Of a DNA stretch of 64,000 nucleotides, positions 50,101 through 62,187 are shown piece after piece. The notes beneath the pieces were generated by a model. The model was given only the letters and a program-made list of their open reading frames with translations, ran no database searches and was not told where the DNA came from. The stretch comes from Neoechinorhynchus agilis (lineage: Eukaryota > Animalia > Acanthocephala), in NCBI GenBank assembly GCA_051530055.1, contig CM121341.1:14920784-14984783 (forward strand), given 5' to 3'. Every line of letters starts with the position of its first letter. Positions within the stretch are counted from its first letter, which is position 1. Both the position numbers and the translations under genes were made by a program.

Positions 50101-50367
50101 AAGGATATGAATATGCATGATTGTCAATAAAGATGAACGAGCCGCTCGGATATAAGCTACCGGAATCGCCATTTTTATATACTTTTGCGCAACTTGAATT
50201 TGAAAGGTTCTTGGGGTATCACGAGGCGTCGAGGTTGCGACATCTCATATTTCTAATACGTTTCACTGAAAGGCGAGTACATTGTCTCTTTTTAAGCTTT
50301 TTGTACCCTCGTCTATTGAAATTCATCGTATAGAAAACACGCGCATCAGCGGTTTTCTTAAGTTCAT
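49496..50367. repeat. Segmental duplication, copy 1 (uninterrupted)
   Basis: Matches 55654-55728, 56919-57078 and 58630-58866. Segment 50013-50102 matches 57090-57151 in reverse complement. Confidence 0.92.
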
Positions 50368-50554
50368 GTCCAATGCTCGTGGAATGCAACGAAAAGTAGT
50401 GTTATCCTTAAACATAATAAGTAAAAAGTGGCGTTCTTTGCGATGATTTACATATTCTTGGTGTGATCCTAAGCATTCCAATTGAGAAATTAGCGTTCGC
50501 CTCGCATACTGAGTAAATTGTTCGAGTTCAAAAATTAGTTTACTTTGATTAATT

Positions 50555-51890
50555 AAATTGCCCTCCTGCCCTCGTCCTGAGTCCCCTTTACGTCAACTGA
50601 AGACAATGATGCAACTAACATTTCTTGACGTTAACCTCGACAAAATTTTCACCAACATCGACATCTTCTTATCCGCCTCTAAACTCCCTATTCCCGCGAA
50701 TTCTGAATATTCTTCTACCCTTATGACTCCCTCCACCCCACCCCAGCGTCAAAAATAACTTCGCTCACCGTCTTAGATAAATGGGATCATAACATCTACA
50801 TTTTTATAAAATTGTTCACTTTTATGATTCGCACCCTTTACTCGGACAACACAAATGACCCTTCCTTGGTCATGTCCTCAATAGCTTCAATCATAAAAAA
50901 TTCTGTAACTTCGACAGTACCGAAGAAATTCATTAGAATACCAAACTGTGACCCACCATGGATAACCCCTAATCTTGAAACTTCTTTATAAATCAAGAAC
51001 CCAAGGCCCATCGCAATAAATCTCCTTACTTTATCCGTTTACTAAAATCACTATCTCACAAAATACTTGTTGCCCGCAAAAACTTTCTTTCTTCCAAAAT
51101 TCGTTCAGGTGGCAATTCAACATGGTGGCGGACAGTAAAGGACTCTCTTGGTCTACGCCAACCTGGTCCTTTCCCTAACTTGACCTCCTATGAATTAAGA
51201 CAGTTTCTAGATTCCATTAATCAGAACCTCTGCAATGACTCAACTTACAATCACTACTCCACATCAGGCACCACACAATCTTTCACGCTCTCATCTGAAA
51301 CTTTTGTCAACTCGGCGAGCTCTCCTCGGTTTCGTCATATGAAGTACTACAGCGTCTCAAGAAATTACGTCGAAATTCGCCATCTCAATCCGAAATCCCC
51401 AACTGAACTCTTCGCTGCATCATCCCCGAACTTATCGACCTTCTTACCCACATTATAAACCACAGCTTTTATATGACGTCTACCCCTCATGCATAAAAAC
51501 TTCCAAAGTTATCATTCATCCAAAAAAGGACATTATATTCCTGCCGAATCATTTCGTCCAATATCCATTCTACTCGCTGTTTCAAAAATCATCGAAAAAT
51601 GATTTTAATCTCGCCTTCTTACACTTCTCAACAAATTATCGCCCCTACAACTCGGCTTCCGGTCCAAATTTTCTGCAACCGATGTTTAACTTTGCATTTA
51701 TGACATGCTCCCACGTAACCTCGACAATAATCCCTCGCACGCCACCCGTCTCATTCAACTCGAGTTATCGAAAACTTTCGACTCCGTGAACCATTCACTC
51801 CTTCTCTGGGCCTGTTCGGATTTCGGTTTCAACCTGTGGAAGATCCGCGGGCTCGAATCTCATCTTCACAATCGCAATCAGTACATTCAC
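50555..51890 (+). mobile_element. Degenerate CR1/L2-like LINE fragment (older subfamily)
   Basis: DPPWITP, FRPISIL, QLGFR and LIQLELSKTFDSVNHSLLL remnants with many stops. Confidence 0.8.
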
Positions 51891-51970
51891 TGAAGCGTCT
51901 AACTAGTAAGCTCGTCCCCTGTGACATCGACGATTTTCAGGTTAAAACCCAAATATTTGTATCAAGTACT

Positions 51971-54900
51971 TGGGCAGCAGGCAGGAATTTCATTTTTGGG
52001 CAGCAGGCAGGAATTTCATTTGCGGTTTCTGTACTGCCGCCTAGCTCAAACCGTGTTCTCCGCTTCCTCCCACCGTGTTCTCCGGTTTCTCCCTTCCCAA
52101 TACTAACCACTCCCAAACCCCTAATCCCCACCCCCTTCCACCTTCAGTTTCCCCACCCCAAATCTCCTCTTCTCCCTCGCTTCACTCTTTAAATACTGTC
52201 CACCCACCCTTAGCTGGCGGCGCCCTCCAAGACTCCTCTCCACACTCAAATTCGACTTCTCCTCAACAATCTTCTCCCTTCCTTAATTCCGTTCCTATCA
52301 TCCCGCTTACCCCTCTTCCCTCCTCCCTGCATTCTAAGTCTCACTCTGCTCCACCATTAAAACCGAACCCCCCTTCCTCCTCGGCCTCATCTAAATCCCC
52401 CACCTCCTCTCTAGCACCCCGTGCTGCTAAAAAAACCATAAACCCCTCCCATCCTTCTACGATTACGTTTCAACGTTAGCCCCATCAAAACCTACCACCT
52501 TCTCCCCTGTACATCGATTTTCTAGTAAAAAGCACACACCCCTACCATCCTTCAACGACTACGTTAAGCATCCCTCGCCTCGTAAATTAACTCCTCCTAA
52601 ACTCCTTTCATCCTGCCTAAAACCACTATTCCGCACCCTACCAAATCTGGGAATTTTCGCTTCGTCCCTCAGAAGCGAAAAATACCTTGGACGCTCACAC
52701 TACCTCGCCTCTTACCACCACCTCTTCAACTCCCAATATCCTCCTTACCCCCGAGTTCATCCCGCATACACAATTACCATCCCTATGGTCCCTACACTTA
52801 AATCACCCCTTACTAGTGTCCACCCACGAATCCATTACCCCCGAACTACCCCATCGGTCAACTCCCATCCCTTCTCTCTCTGCGCAGCTTCAACCCTCTC
52901 CGTCAGTGTCCACCCCTCATGTCCCTTCTAAACATCCCTTTCCAATAATCTTTTATTCTAACATCCGCAGCCCCCTCCCCAAACTGGATGAGCTCCATAT
53001 AGTGGCCTCTTCTTGTAACGCCGACATCCTTGTAATTACGGAAACATGGCTCTCACCCCATAGCAAATTATCTGCCTTCCTTCCAAAATTTCAAGCTTTT
53101 CACCTCACAAGGGACTTCCGAAACGGTGGAGGCATATCGATCTTCATCCGCGCCTCTGTTCCTTACCATTGCTCTTCACCCTACCTTTTCATCTCCGACG
53201 ATCTTGAATGGCTTTACATCCAACTTCATCTCCCCTCCGCAATGGCCAACGTGAGATCTCTATCGCTGGCCTTTATCGCCCTCCTTCCTCAAACATCCCA
53301 GACACACTTCAACAAATAGACCACCTATTTACTGACCTACTTTCCACTTCCTCAGCTAACTTCATCATATTGGGCGAGTTTAACAAACTGCCGTTCCCGC
53401 CCTCGCTCTCTCATCTTTCCCAACTCGTTACTTTCCCCACACGCTTCTCCTCCCGCCTTGATAAAATTTTCTCAAACATCAGGCAATACTCGTGCACTAC
53501 CAAACTCCCCCCCGATCGCCTCGTCTGACCATTGTTCCATCCTTCTCTCCCCCGCATCACCTCAAAAACGTACCTTTTCCGACCCCTACGTTGTCTGGGA
53601 TAATCGTGATCATCATACCCAATCCTTTGCTGCATGTGTCAATTCTCTTATCACGCAAAACCGCTCTACCATCTTTGGCTCTTACCCCTCGATTGCAATG
53701 GGCTCTTTGTTAAATCTAATAGAATCTGTGATGAAGGCCTCCTTTCCTCGCAAAAAAATACGAATCTCAAACCGGGACCCCCCATGATTCTCGCCTTTTC
53801 TAAAACCCTTCAAATACAGGTCACCAATGCTTTCCAGTCAGACAATCCCGCTTACCCCTCCCTCCACTCCACACTGACCAAACGCATCCGAATAGCCCGC
53901 AAAGTATTCCTCTCAACTCGTCTCTCGTCCGTTCCCAATCGAAACTGGTGGTGTAAAATAAAAAAAATGTCACTGGTCTTGGTAGATCCACCCCCTTCGC
54001 ATCTTTCCCCAAATCTGATCTCCTCTCAATCCTCAACACCATGGATAAAAACCTCTGTCCTCCCCAAACCTAGCATCCATTGTCCCAACCTCCCTTCTCA
54101 CTTTCTGACCCGCCCATTCATACATGCCCTTCCTTAGTTTCCCCTCTCGAAATCCTAGAGATCCTTAAACGCCTGCCCCGCCATTCTTCCCCCAATTCGA
54201 CTATCTCAAATTGGGCCATTCATTCCATCATCCCAGGACTTATCGATCTACTAACGCACATAACGAACCTTAGCTTTCTCCTGGGCTCTTTTAAATCGTG
54301 TCTTAAGGAAGCCTGTGTAAACCGATTTCCCCCACATCCTTTCGTCCCATCTTTATCCTCTCACCTTTCTCTAAAATCTTAGAAAAATGTTTTAAAACCC
54401 GCCTACTTCCCTTCTTCCTCAAAAAACATCTCCCCTTCTCAATTCGCTTTCCGTCCCAATTACTCTTGTTCTGATGCCCTCCTCTGCATCTACGATACGC
54501 TTGTGCGCAGCTTAGATTCCAGTCCAGCATCAACCATCCGTCTCGTGCAACTGAATATTTCCAGAGCGTTCGAGTCGGTAGATCACTTTCTTCTCCTCCA
54601 ATCATGTGCTCCCTTTGGCCTCCCAACCTGGCAACTCGCTTGGATTTCCTCTTTCCTTTCCAACCGCGAACAATATATCCAATGTGGAACTTCTTGTTCC
54701 TCTTCTCTGCCTATATTTAAAGGGGTCCCCCAAGGCGTCGTACTTTCCCCTCTCCTCTTTGGCATTTTTCTAAATGACCTCCACCCCTCGCTCCCTCTAC
54801 CAAATATTTTCTCTATGCAGATGACCTCACAGTCATTACCATCGCATCCCCCCTCTCAACCTCTCCACAAACATGGACGAGCTCAACCATCTCATTTCCT

Positions 54901-55500
54901 CGCTCTCCCCCTAAACCTCTCCCTAGATTTATCCAAATCTTTTTAGCATGTCCCCCATATTTCCAAACGCAATCTTATCCCCGCTCCTCTCCCTCTCCCC
55001 ATCCAACGCTCCTCTTCTCTCCGAATACTGGGCCTGATTTTACAAGAAAACCTTAAATGGAATGCCCACATTTCATTTACATTCTCTAAAACAAACCCTC
55101 GTCTTTACCTCCTCAAACTCCTCCGGCGTCTCGGCGTATCCCCTAAACACCTTGCCCACTTTTATCTCTCTGCTATCCTCCCTATCCTTACATACGCCTA
55201 CCCCACTTTCCTCGCCCTTTCCGCCAATGCTCTCCATTCCCTCGAAACCTTCCACAAGAGAGCAGCGAGAGTATACGGGACTTCACTCCCTCCCTTCGAC
55301 GCCCACCTCCACTCCATTTTCTCCAAAAACGCCCTCTTTCTTCTTCAACCCCCTCCACAATTTTCTTCCCTCATCTCTAAATACTCGTCCCTAGTAAACA
55401 CCCGGAACCCAAACCTTTTTCATCCCCCCCTCGCTCATTCCACCCTCTACCAAAAATCCTTCCTCCCCCAAGTCCAATCTTTCCTTAATAACCGGAGAAC
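51971..55500 (+). mobile_element. Near full-length CR1/L2-like LINE (Pro/Ser-rich 5' region, APE endonuclease, RT), frameshifted
   Basis: YSNIRS..KLDEL..DILVITETWL..GGGISIF (APE); LNISRAFESVDH, GVPQGVVLSPLLFGIFLND and a frameshifted YADD (RT). Confidence 0.93.
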
Positions 55501-55734
55501 AAGGAAAGACTCCCAATTGGTCATTCTCCTGCAAAACTCCAAAGACAAATCCCACCTCCCTGCCTCAACATCCGACATCCAGACAACTTCAGCAAAGATA
55601 GATACTGGCAAGTGTATGGATCGTTCTCCTTAATCAATAAAACGTGTTTATATATAGGCCCAATTTTTGTTATCTGATAAACAATATAAACGCTTAATTA
55701 TAATGCCATCATCTGGATAAAAACGACATATAAA

Positions 55735-56918
55735 AGTTTTTTTCAAAGATTAACATAACGCCAAAATAATTTACTTGATGGTAATTACAAACATTCACAC
55801 CACCGCTCTTATCACTCAGCTGCCGTCCTGGTGTAACGGTCGAAAGGACGGATGCAGCGTTCCCCCGTTGCACAGCCAGACTTATATTTTGTAGGAGGAA
55901 TGCTCCTGATCGCGGATCGTTAGTGACTCGTCTCAATCGCTTGGGAAATTGCTTGACCAGATCCTGCGCCGCGATATCAAACGACCCGAGTGTCTCTACG
56001 CCAAAGGTGACAAAATAGTGATTTCGACCTAGGTCCCGGTTTTTGTCTTTTTTGCGTTCCTCAGCGTAGGTTGCTGCTCCCCTGGTTTTACGGCGGCGAA
56101 TTTTATGTTGCTGGTTGCGAGGCTCGCTACGGGAATAATGTGACACCATCTGGTCTGCGGCCATCAAGTCGGCAAAGATTGCTTGGCTCTAGAAGGTTAG
56201 GCGCATTCACAGTATTCAGGGAACGACTAAGAATTGCGTTCACTTCGGCGAGTCGAGACCATGGCATCCCGACGGTTCCACGGTTGCTCCGCAACGGCAG
56301 CGATGGGATGTACACATCGGTACCCCAAGTCTCAGGGACACTGCAATCCTTACTGTCTCGTCGGAGATGGAGAGGGTGTTCTTGATCAGGAACAGAACAT
56401 CGTGTAAAGATAATTCATAAACTCATTCGCACAGCACCGAAAGTTACGATCGAAGATTGGCAATCTCTGCTTCAACATTAGAACCAAAAATACAGCTTCC
56501 TAAAAGACTCAACCGGTCTACAGAAATCAATTCTATCCTGGGGGAAAGGTTCCGAAAATCTTTCACGGTAGTTTGCCTAGTCGCCTCATCTGCGACGTTT
56601 ATCACTAAAATCTCGCCGTCTCCTTCACGAGTGTCTCACAATCGCGCAGTGCAACAGAGGAGTTACCTTCGAGCGTGGCATCATCAAAGTACCAGCCGTT
56701 AAAGCTGGACTGGAGAGTGCGTGACGGGATTGACTGTAAGTTAGAAGGCTATTGAGTCCAAAGGATCCCCTTGTTGAACTCCTCTTTCTGACCACAAAAA
56801 CGTGGTTATTGAACAACAAGGGAGTTGAAGTCCCATAAACATTAGGGAAGTAGCTAAATGTTTCTGGTGCATGATCTCTAACTACTTCGAGCAAATCTGC
56901 TCGGTGAACTGTGTGTTT
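55735..56918 (-). mobile_element. 5'-truncated CRE-like non-LTR retrotransposon (RT part + RLE endonuclease)
   Basis: HRADLLEVVRDHAP, frameshifted QQGDPLG, YFDDATL, LEPSNLCRLDGRRPDGVTLFP and FGVETLGS...QNISLAVQRGNAASVL. Absent from the paralogous site at ~49568. Confidence 0.9.
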
Positions 56919-57150
56919 TGAAATTTATGACGATTTCGGACTCGAATTTTCACCCATAAAAACTGCGAAACAATTTATACTTATTAAAATAATTATTTCT
57001 ATTTCAATGAATTTGAACTGCATGGTTATTGCAATTATCAGCACGCCGAACAACCAAAGGGATTCCAAATCTTGGCTGAGATGTAGTTGTTGTTTCGTTA
57101 ATGATCACTTTAGGCAAGCGGCACATCTCTATCAGCAATCGGCAGCTCAC

Positions 57151-58622
57151 ACTGTCCTCCCACCTCTTCTTGGGCATCCCTTTTCTCCTTTTCCCATCGA
57201 GCTTGATTCTCCATGCGCTCTTCACCCAGGCATCTTGATCTGCTTGTGTCACCTGCAGGTACCATCGCATCCGCCTCTTAGCGATTGCCTCCTTCATCGG
57301 CTCGATAACAAACAGTTTTCGCACCTCCTCATTGGGCACTTGATCCTTGCGTGTCAATTATGCGGACCATCTCAGCATCCGCATTTCGTTGACGTCTAAT
57401 CGTTGAGCGTCTTCCTTCTTCATAGCCCACGTCTCTGCTCTGTAGAACCATGGCGGGCTTGCTCTTCGAGCTTGTTCGGGAGATGCTTATCGCAAAGGAT
57501 GCCTGTTGTCTTCCTCCAGTTGTTCCACCCGCATTGATCTCTTTGTCCGATCTCTGGTGCGAGCTCACAATGCATGCTCAACAGGCTGCCCAAATATTTG
57601 AATGTGTTCATCTTTTCGATCTGAGTTCCTTGCATATCGAGGTAACCCGGCCCCATGCATTTCGTTTTGCACCTGCTCACTCAATCTGTTGCTCTCTAAT
57701 CGCTGTCGCCAACTCTCCAGCAAATTCCTGAGCGTGTCCACGTCCCTAGCTGTGAGCACCAACTTGTCCGCGAATAGTATCGTCCATGGTGCGTTTATTT
57801 CTCTTTCCGCATTTCCAAGGACGTCTATCACGATCGCAAACAAGAATGGGCTCAGGGCCGAACCCTGTTGCAGGCCCACGTAGACTCGAAAATAGTCGGT
57901 CGTTCAGCTGTGACATCGCACGCAGGTGTAGCATACTCGATGCATCGCATGGACCACGGCGACATAGTGTTCGGGGCAATTCCTTTTCCTGAGGCATGCC
58001 CACACCAGATCTCAAAGAACTGTGTAGTACGCTCCTTCCAAATCGACGAACACACTGTGCAACGGGCACTGCATCTCACTGAACCTCTCATACAGCTGCC
58101 TTAGCACGAATATTGCGTCAATTGTGCTTCTGCGCCGGGCATGAATCCTCGTTAGTCTTGGCTGATTTGGATCTCCTCTCTAATCCTGTGATCGATCATT
58201 CGTTCCCACAGTTTCATTGTGTGAGGCATGAGTTTGATGCTCCGGTAGCTCCTACACTGCAGAACATCTCCTTGGCTTTTGAAGATCGGTATCAATATGC
58301 TTCCCTGCCATTCCGACGGGATCTTTTCCTCCGAATCTATCTTCTGAAAGAGCCTCGCGAGCAACTTTATTCCGAAGACTCCAAGGGATTGCCACAGCTT
58401 GATCGGAATGTTATCTGGACCAACGCTCCTACCAGTCCTCATTTTCCTGAGCTGTGCAACCACCTCATCGAACGAGTACGGCCTCATCATATTGACATTC
58501 GGGTGTACGTCCTCTAGAGGCAGTCTGTCATGCTCAGTGTTAAGCAGAGTGCTAAAATATTCCTTCCACCTATCCAAAATATCCTTGCATTGGTCCAGCA
58601 TCTTTACGTGGCTATCGCTGAT
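57151..58622 (-). mobile_element. RTE-clade LINE fragment, truncated at both ends
   Basis: KMRTGRSVGPDNIP, YRSIKLMPHTMKLWER, GLQQGSALSPFLF, ILFADKLVL, FKYLGS, KKRWEDSV. No 3' tail. Confidence 0.93.
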
Positions 58623-59234
58623 CATTCTATCAATAAAGATGGACGAGCCGCTCGGATATAAGCTACCGGAGTCGCCATTTTTATATATTTTTGTGCAACC
58701 TGAATTTGAAGGGTTATTGGGGTATCAAGAGGCGTCGACGTTGCGACATCTCATATTTCTAATACGTTTCACTGAAAGGCGAGTACATTGTCTTTTGCTA
58801 AGCTAACTCGTCTATTGAAATTCCTCGTATAAAAAACACGTGCATCCGTGGTTTTCTTAAGTTCATACAAATCTAACAAACAAAACATAGAATTCAAGAG
58901 AAGTTCACCATAAGATTGCCACATTTTTGAACATCATGTTCTAACACTGACCTTATGATAGTAAATTGAAATCACTGCCACATTAAAACTTGAACTGAAT
59001 TTGCAAAAGCCATTAAGGCGAAGGAAGGCTAATAAAAATGGTAAGATGCCGAAAGCGTCCATGAATCCATTTGCTATTACCATTTGTCTAAAGATATTCG
59101 AGCATTTTAACCATTTCGATACACCGCTTGATAAATTTACTATATTCCAATTTAGATAAAAGTTAAAGATAGATCCAATCCGTTTCTTAAAATTACAAAT
59201 TGTAGCGTGTGGCCCAGCCGGTAGTCTTTTTATA

Positions 59235-59434
59235 GATATTTTTTCCATACATGGTCGAAAGCGCTGGTCTGCGCTCAATGCCCCAAGACCGTACGGTTAT
59301 AAGTTTGTACATCCCTCCGGATTCTCAGATACCTCTAACCGTGCGGTCTTGGGGCATTGAGCGCAGACCAACGCTTCCCAGACCAAAAATCGGGAGACTG
59401 ACTGTCCATTCGGCCGTGTATGGAAAAAAATATC
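59235..59434. mobile_element. 200-bp hairpin MITE with TA flanks
   Basis: Outer arms gatattttttccatacatggtcgaa / ttcggccgtgtatggaaaaaaatatc and inner ~40-bp arms (59259-59299 / 59336-59376). TA lies at 59233-59234 and 59435-59436. Confidence 0.85.
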
Positions 59435-59454
59435 TATTGTTGGTAGGTTTTATA

Positions 59455-59545
59455 CAAAGTGTTGGACTAAATATTTCAATTAAAGTCATTCTTTGACATA
59501 ATTTTTCCTCACCGCCACATACTCATGGATTTTATATTTAACAAT
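59455..59545 (+). repeat. Short dispersed repeat, copy 3 of 3
   Basis: gttggactaaatatttcaattaaagtcattctttgacataatttttcctcaccgccacatactcatggattttatatttaa. Confidence 0.75.
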
Positions 59546-60183
59546 GTCATAAGGTGTCCGTGTTTTATTGAATTATTAAAGCATGTTTTGAGACGATGGT
59601 GAATTACGATCTACCGATGCCTTCTACAGAATGACTTTGCGTTTTCTAAAGCTCAGCTGCTTTCTTTGAATGCTTTTGCCCATCTATGACCACTCAGATA
59701 GCGGATTTATTGTGGCCATTAAAAATATAAAACCTTGGATTATGTGAAATCTTATTCCTAACTGCTAGCATTTACCCTTTAAGAAATTAGATGGATGGGT
59801 AAAGTAAATCGACGACTTAACCTAAATAGTATGTGCAAATTAAAGATATGAAATACTTTAAAATGCGATATTCTTCGAAGAAAATGAGTGAGTGTTAATT
59901 AAACACCAATTACCGAATCCGATGGCAGTTTAAATCACAGAATATCTCCATAGATCTTCCCGGGTATTTAAACATTTTGGATTTTGTTATTGCGAAAAAA
60001 GAGATTCGTAATTTAACGAAATGTGGCGAATTTATCGTCTTCAATTACACATTACAGGCAAGATATTGTTCAGCATCTCTTCCATGTACTCTCATATGAA
60101 GGAAAATCTTTAGGAAGTGGGGTGACAACGTTTTGTGTATTTTCTCTCTCTGCTGGCAAAAAGAAGATGCACAACGAGGATTT

Positions 60184-60244
60184 CCTTATAAGGCAAATCC
60201 CCTTTTATCTTTCCCGGTTAATTATGCATCGAATGGGTATAAAA
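60184..60244 (+). promoter_or_regulatory. CArG (SRF) box and TATA box of the actin promoter
   Basis: CCTTATAAGG at 60184-60193 is a perfect CC(A/T)6GG. TATAAAA is at 60238-60244, 54 nt before the ATG. Confidence 0.7.
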
Positions 60245-60297
60245 GTGGTTGGTTTGCACAAGTTTGAACGCCAGCAAAATCCCACCAATCCCTCCCA

Positions 60298-61428
60298 ATG
60301 GCAGAAGAAGAAGTAGCAGCAGTTGTGATCGATAATGGATCGGGTATGTGCAAGGCCGGATTCGCCGGGGACGATGCTCCTCGTGTCGTGTTTCCGTCAA
60401 TCGTTGGACGGCCCAAATACCAGGCAGTGATGGTCGGAATGGGACAAAAGGACTCTTATGTTGGAGATGAAGCTCAGAGCAAGAGAGGAATATTGACTCT
60501 AAAGTATCCAGTTGAGCATGGCATCATTACAAACTGGGATGATATGGAGAAAGTATGGCATCATACGTTTTACAATGAACTCCGAGTTGCTCCAGAAGAG
60601 CATCCTACTCTTCAGACCGAGTCTCCGTTGAACCCAAAAGTGAACAGAGAAAAGATGACTCAAATCATGTTCGAAACTTTCAATTCACCGGCCATGTACG
60701 TCGCCATTCAGGCCGTCCTTTCTTTATACGCCTCAGGGCGAACAACCGGAGTTGTTCTGGACTCTGGGGACGGTGTAACTCATACAGTTCCTATCTACGA
60801 AGGATACGCCCTTCCCCATGCCATTCTCCGTCTGGACGTCGCTGGGCGGGAATTGACCGAGTACATGATGAAAATCATGATGGAACACGGTTATGCCTTT
60901 GTCTCATCGGCAGAACGGGAAATCGTGAGAGATATCAAGGAGAAACTGTGTTATGTGGCGCTGGACTTTGAACAAGAATTGGCTATTGCCGCAAGTTCAT
61001 CATCGATTGAAAAGAGTTACGAGCTTCCTGATGGTCAAGTGATCAGCATTGGAAACGAGAGATTCCGCTGCCCTGAAGCGTTGTTCCAACCCTCGTTTGT
61101 AGGAATGGAAATCCTTGGAGTTCATGAAACTACTTTTAACTCAATAATGCGCTGTGATATTGATATCCGCAAAGATCTTTATGCTAATACCGTCCTTTCG
61201 GGAGGCAGTAGCATGTACCCGGGTATTGCTGATCGAATGCAAAAGGAAATGACAGCCCTTGCACCAAGCACAATCAAGATTAAGATTATCGCCCCACCTG
61301 AACGTAAATACTCAGTATGGATTGGTGGATCTATTCTCGCTTCATTATCAACGTTCCAATCAATGTGGATTTCAAAGGAGGAATACGACGAAAGCGGACC
61401 TTCGATTGTCCACAGAAAGTGTTTCTAA
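60298..61428 (+). CDS. Act: Actin, intronless and divergent
   Basis: Complete 376-aa [20 protein letters not shown]...[10 protein letters not shown]. Confidence 0.99.
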   Translation: MAEEEVAAVVIDNGSGMCKAGFAGDDAPRVVFPSIVGRPKYQAVMVGMGQKDSYVGDEAQSKRGILTLKYPVEHGIITNWDDMEKVWHHTFYNELRVAPEEHPTLQTESPLNPKVNREKMTQIMFETFNSPAMYVAIQAVLSLYASGRTTGVVLDSGDGVTHTVPIYEGYALPHAILRLDVAGRELTEYMMKIMMEHGYAFVSSAEREIVRDIKEKLCYVALDFEQELAIAASSSSIEKSYELPDGQVISIGNERFRCPEALFQPSFVGMEILGVHETTFNSIMRCDIDIRKDLYANTVLSGGSSMYPGIADRMQKEMTALAPSTIKIKIIAPPERKYSVWIGGSILASLSTFQSMWISKEEYDESGPSIVHRKCF

Positions 61429-62187
61429 ACATTCGTAGTCGCGTAGAGAGTTTAGCGTTCACGAGAATAAAGTTTTCTCTTAAGTCATCTGGCAAGCCGA
61501 TTATATTAATTAAGTGTTGGAACACCCCTATATCGGTTGGCTGTGCCTAAAAGGAAAAAGCTGAGTAAGAGATAAAGTTTGAATACTCTTTTTAAAATAG
61601 AAGATATGACTTGTTTTAGAGTTGTGGTGATTATAATATCGGCTAAAACATATTTAATTGAAATATTTCGCGAGCAACCGTCACCTTATCAGTCATCTCA
61701 AAAGGTCTTAATTGTTTTGTATTGTGCGGCTCGAATTTGCGGGATCGCCATTTCCGAGGTTCGGGAACGTATCCCCGCTCGTACTTTATGTGGTGTTCTT
61801 CATTGATTTTTAACACGTCGCTGTTTATCCGGGATTATGATTACCTTAACTCCAAGTCTATCATTCCAAAGGATCTTCTCTCGCTGATTTTTTTGCTCTT
61901 CTAGAGGCGGCCAACTTAGCATTTAAATTACGTGATGATAAGGATGTAAAATGCCAATTCACATATTATAACAAATTTTTTACTTTTGATACCATAAAGC
62001 AAATTAGTACAAACGATTATTTAAAACCTTTGATCAACATTGGAGTTACGAGAATTTGGGCGCTAGCAATAATCAGCGGAGAATACTAATCTTATAAAAT
62101 CTCATTTATTCGATTTTTTTGGCTTGCAGTTAATTAAAATTAATTCTAAAACTTTCGACGGCAATATCTCGCAAATGCAGAAAATAG

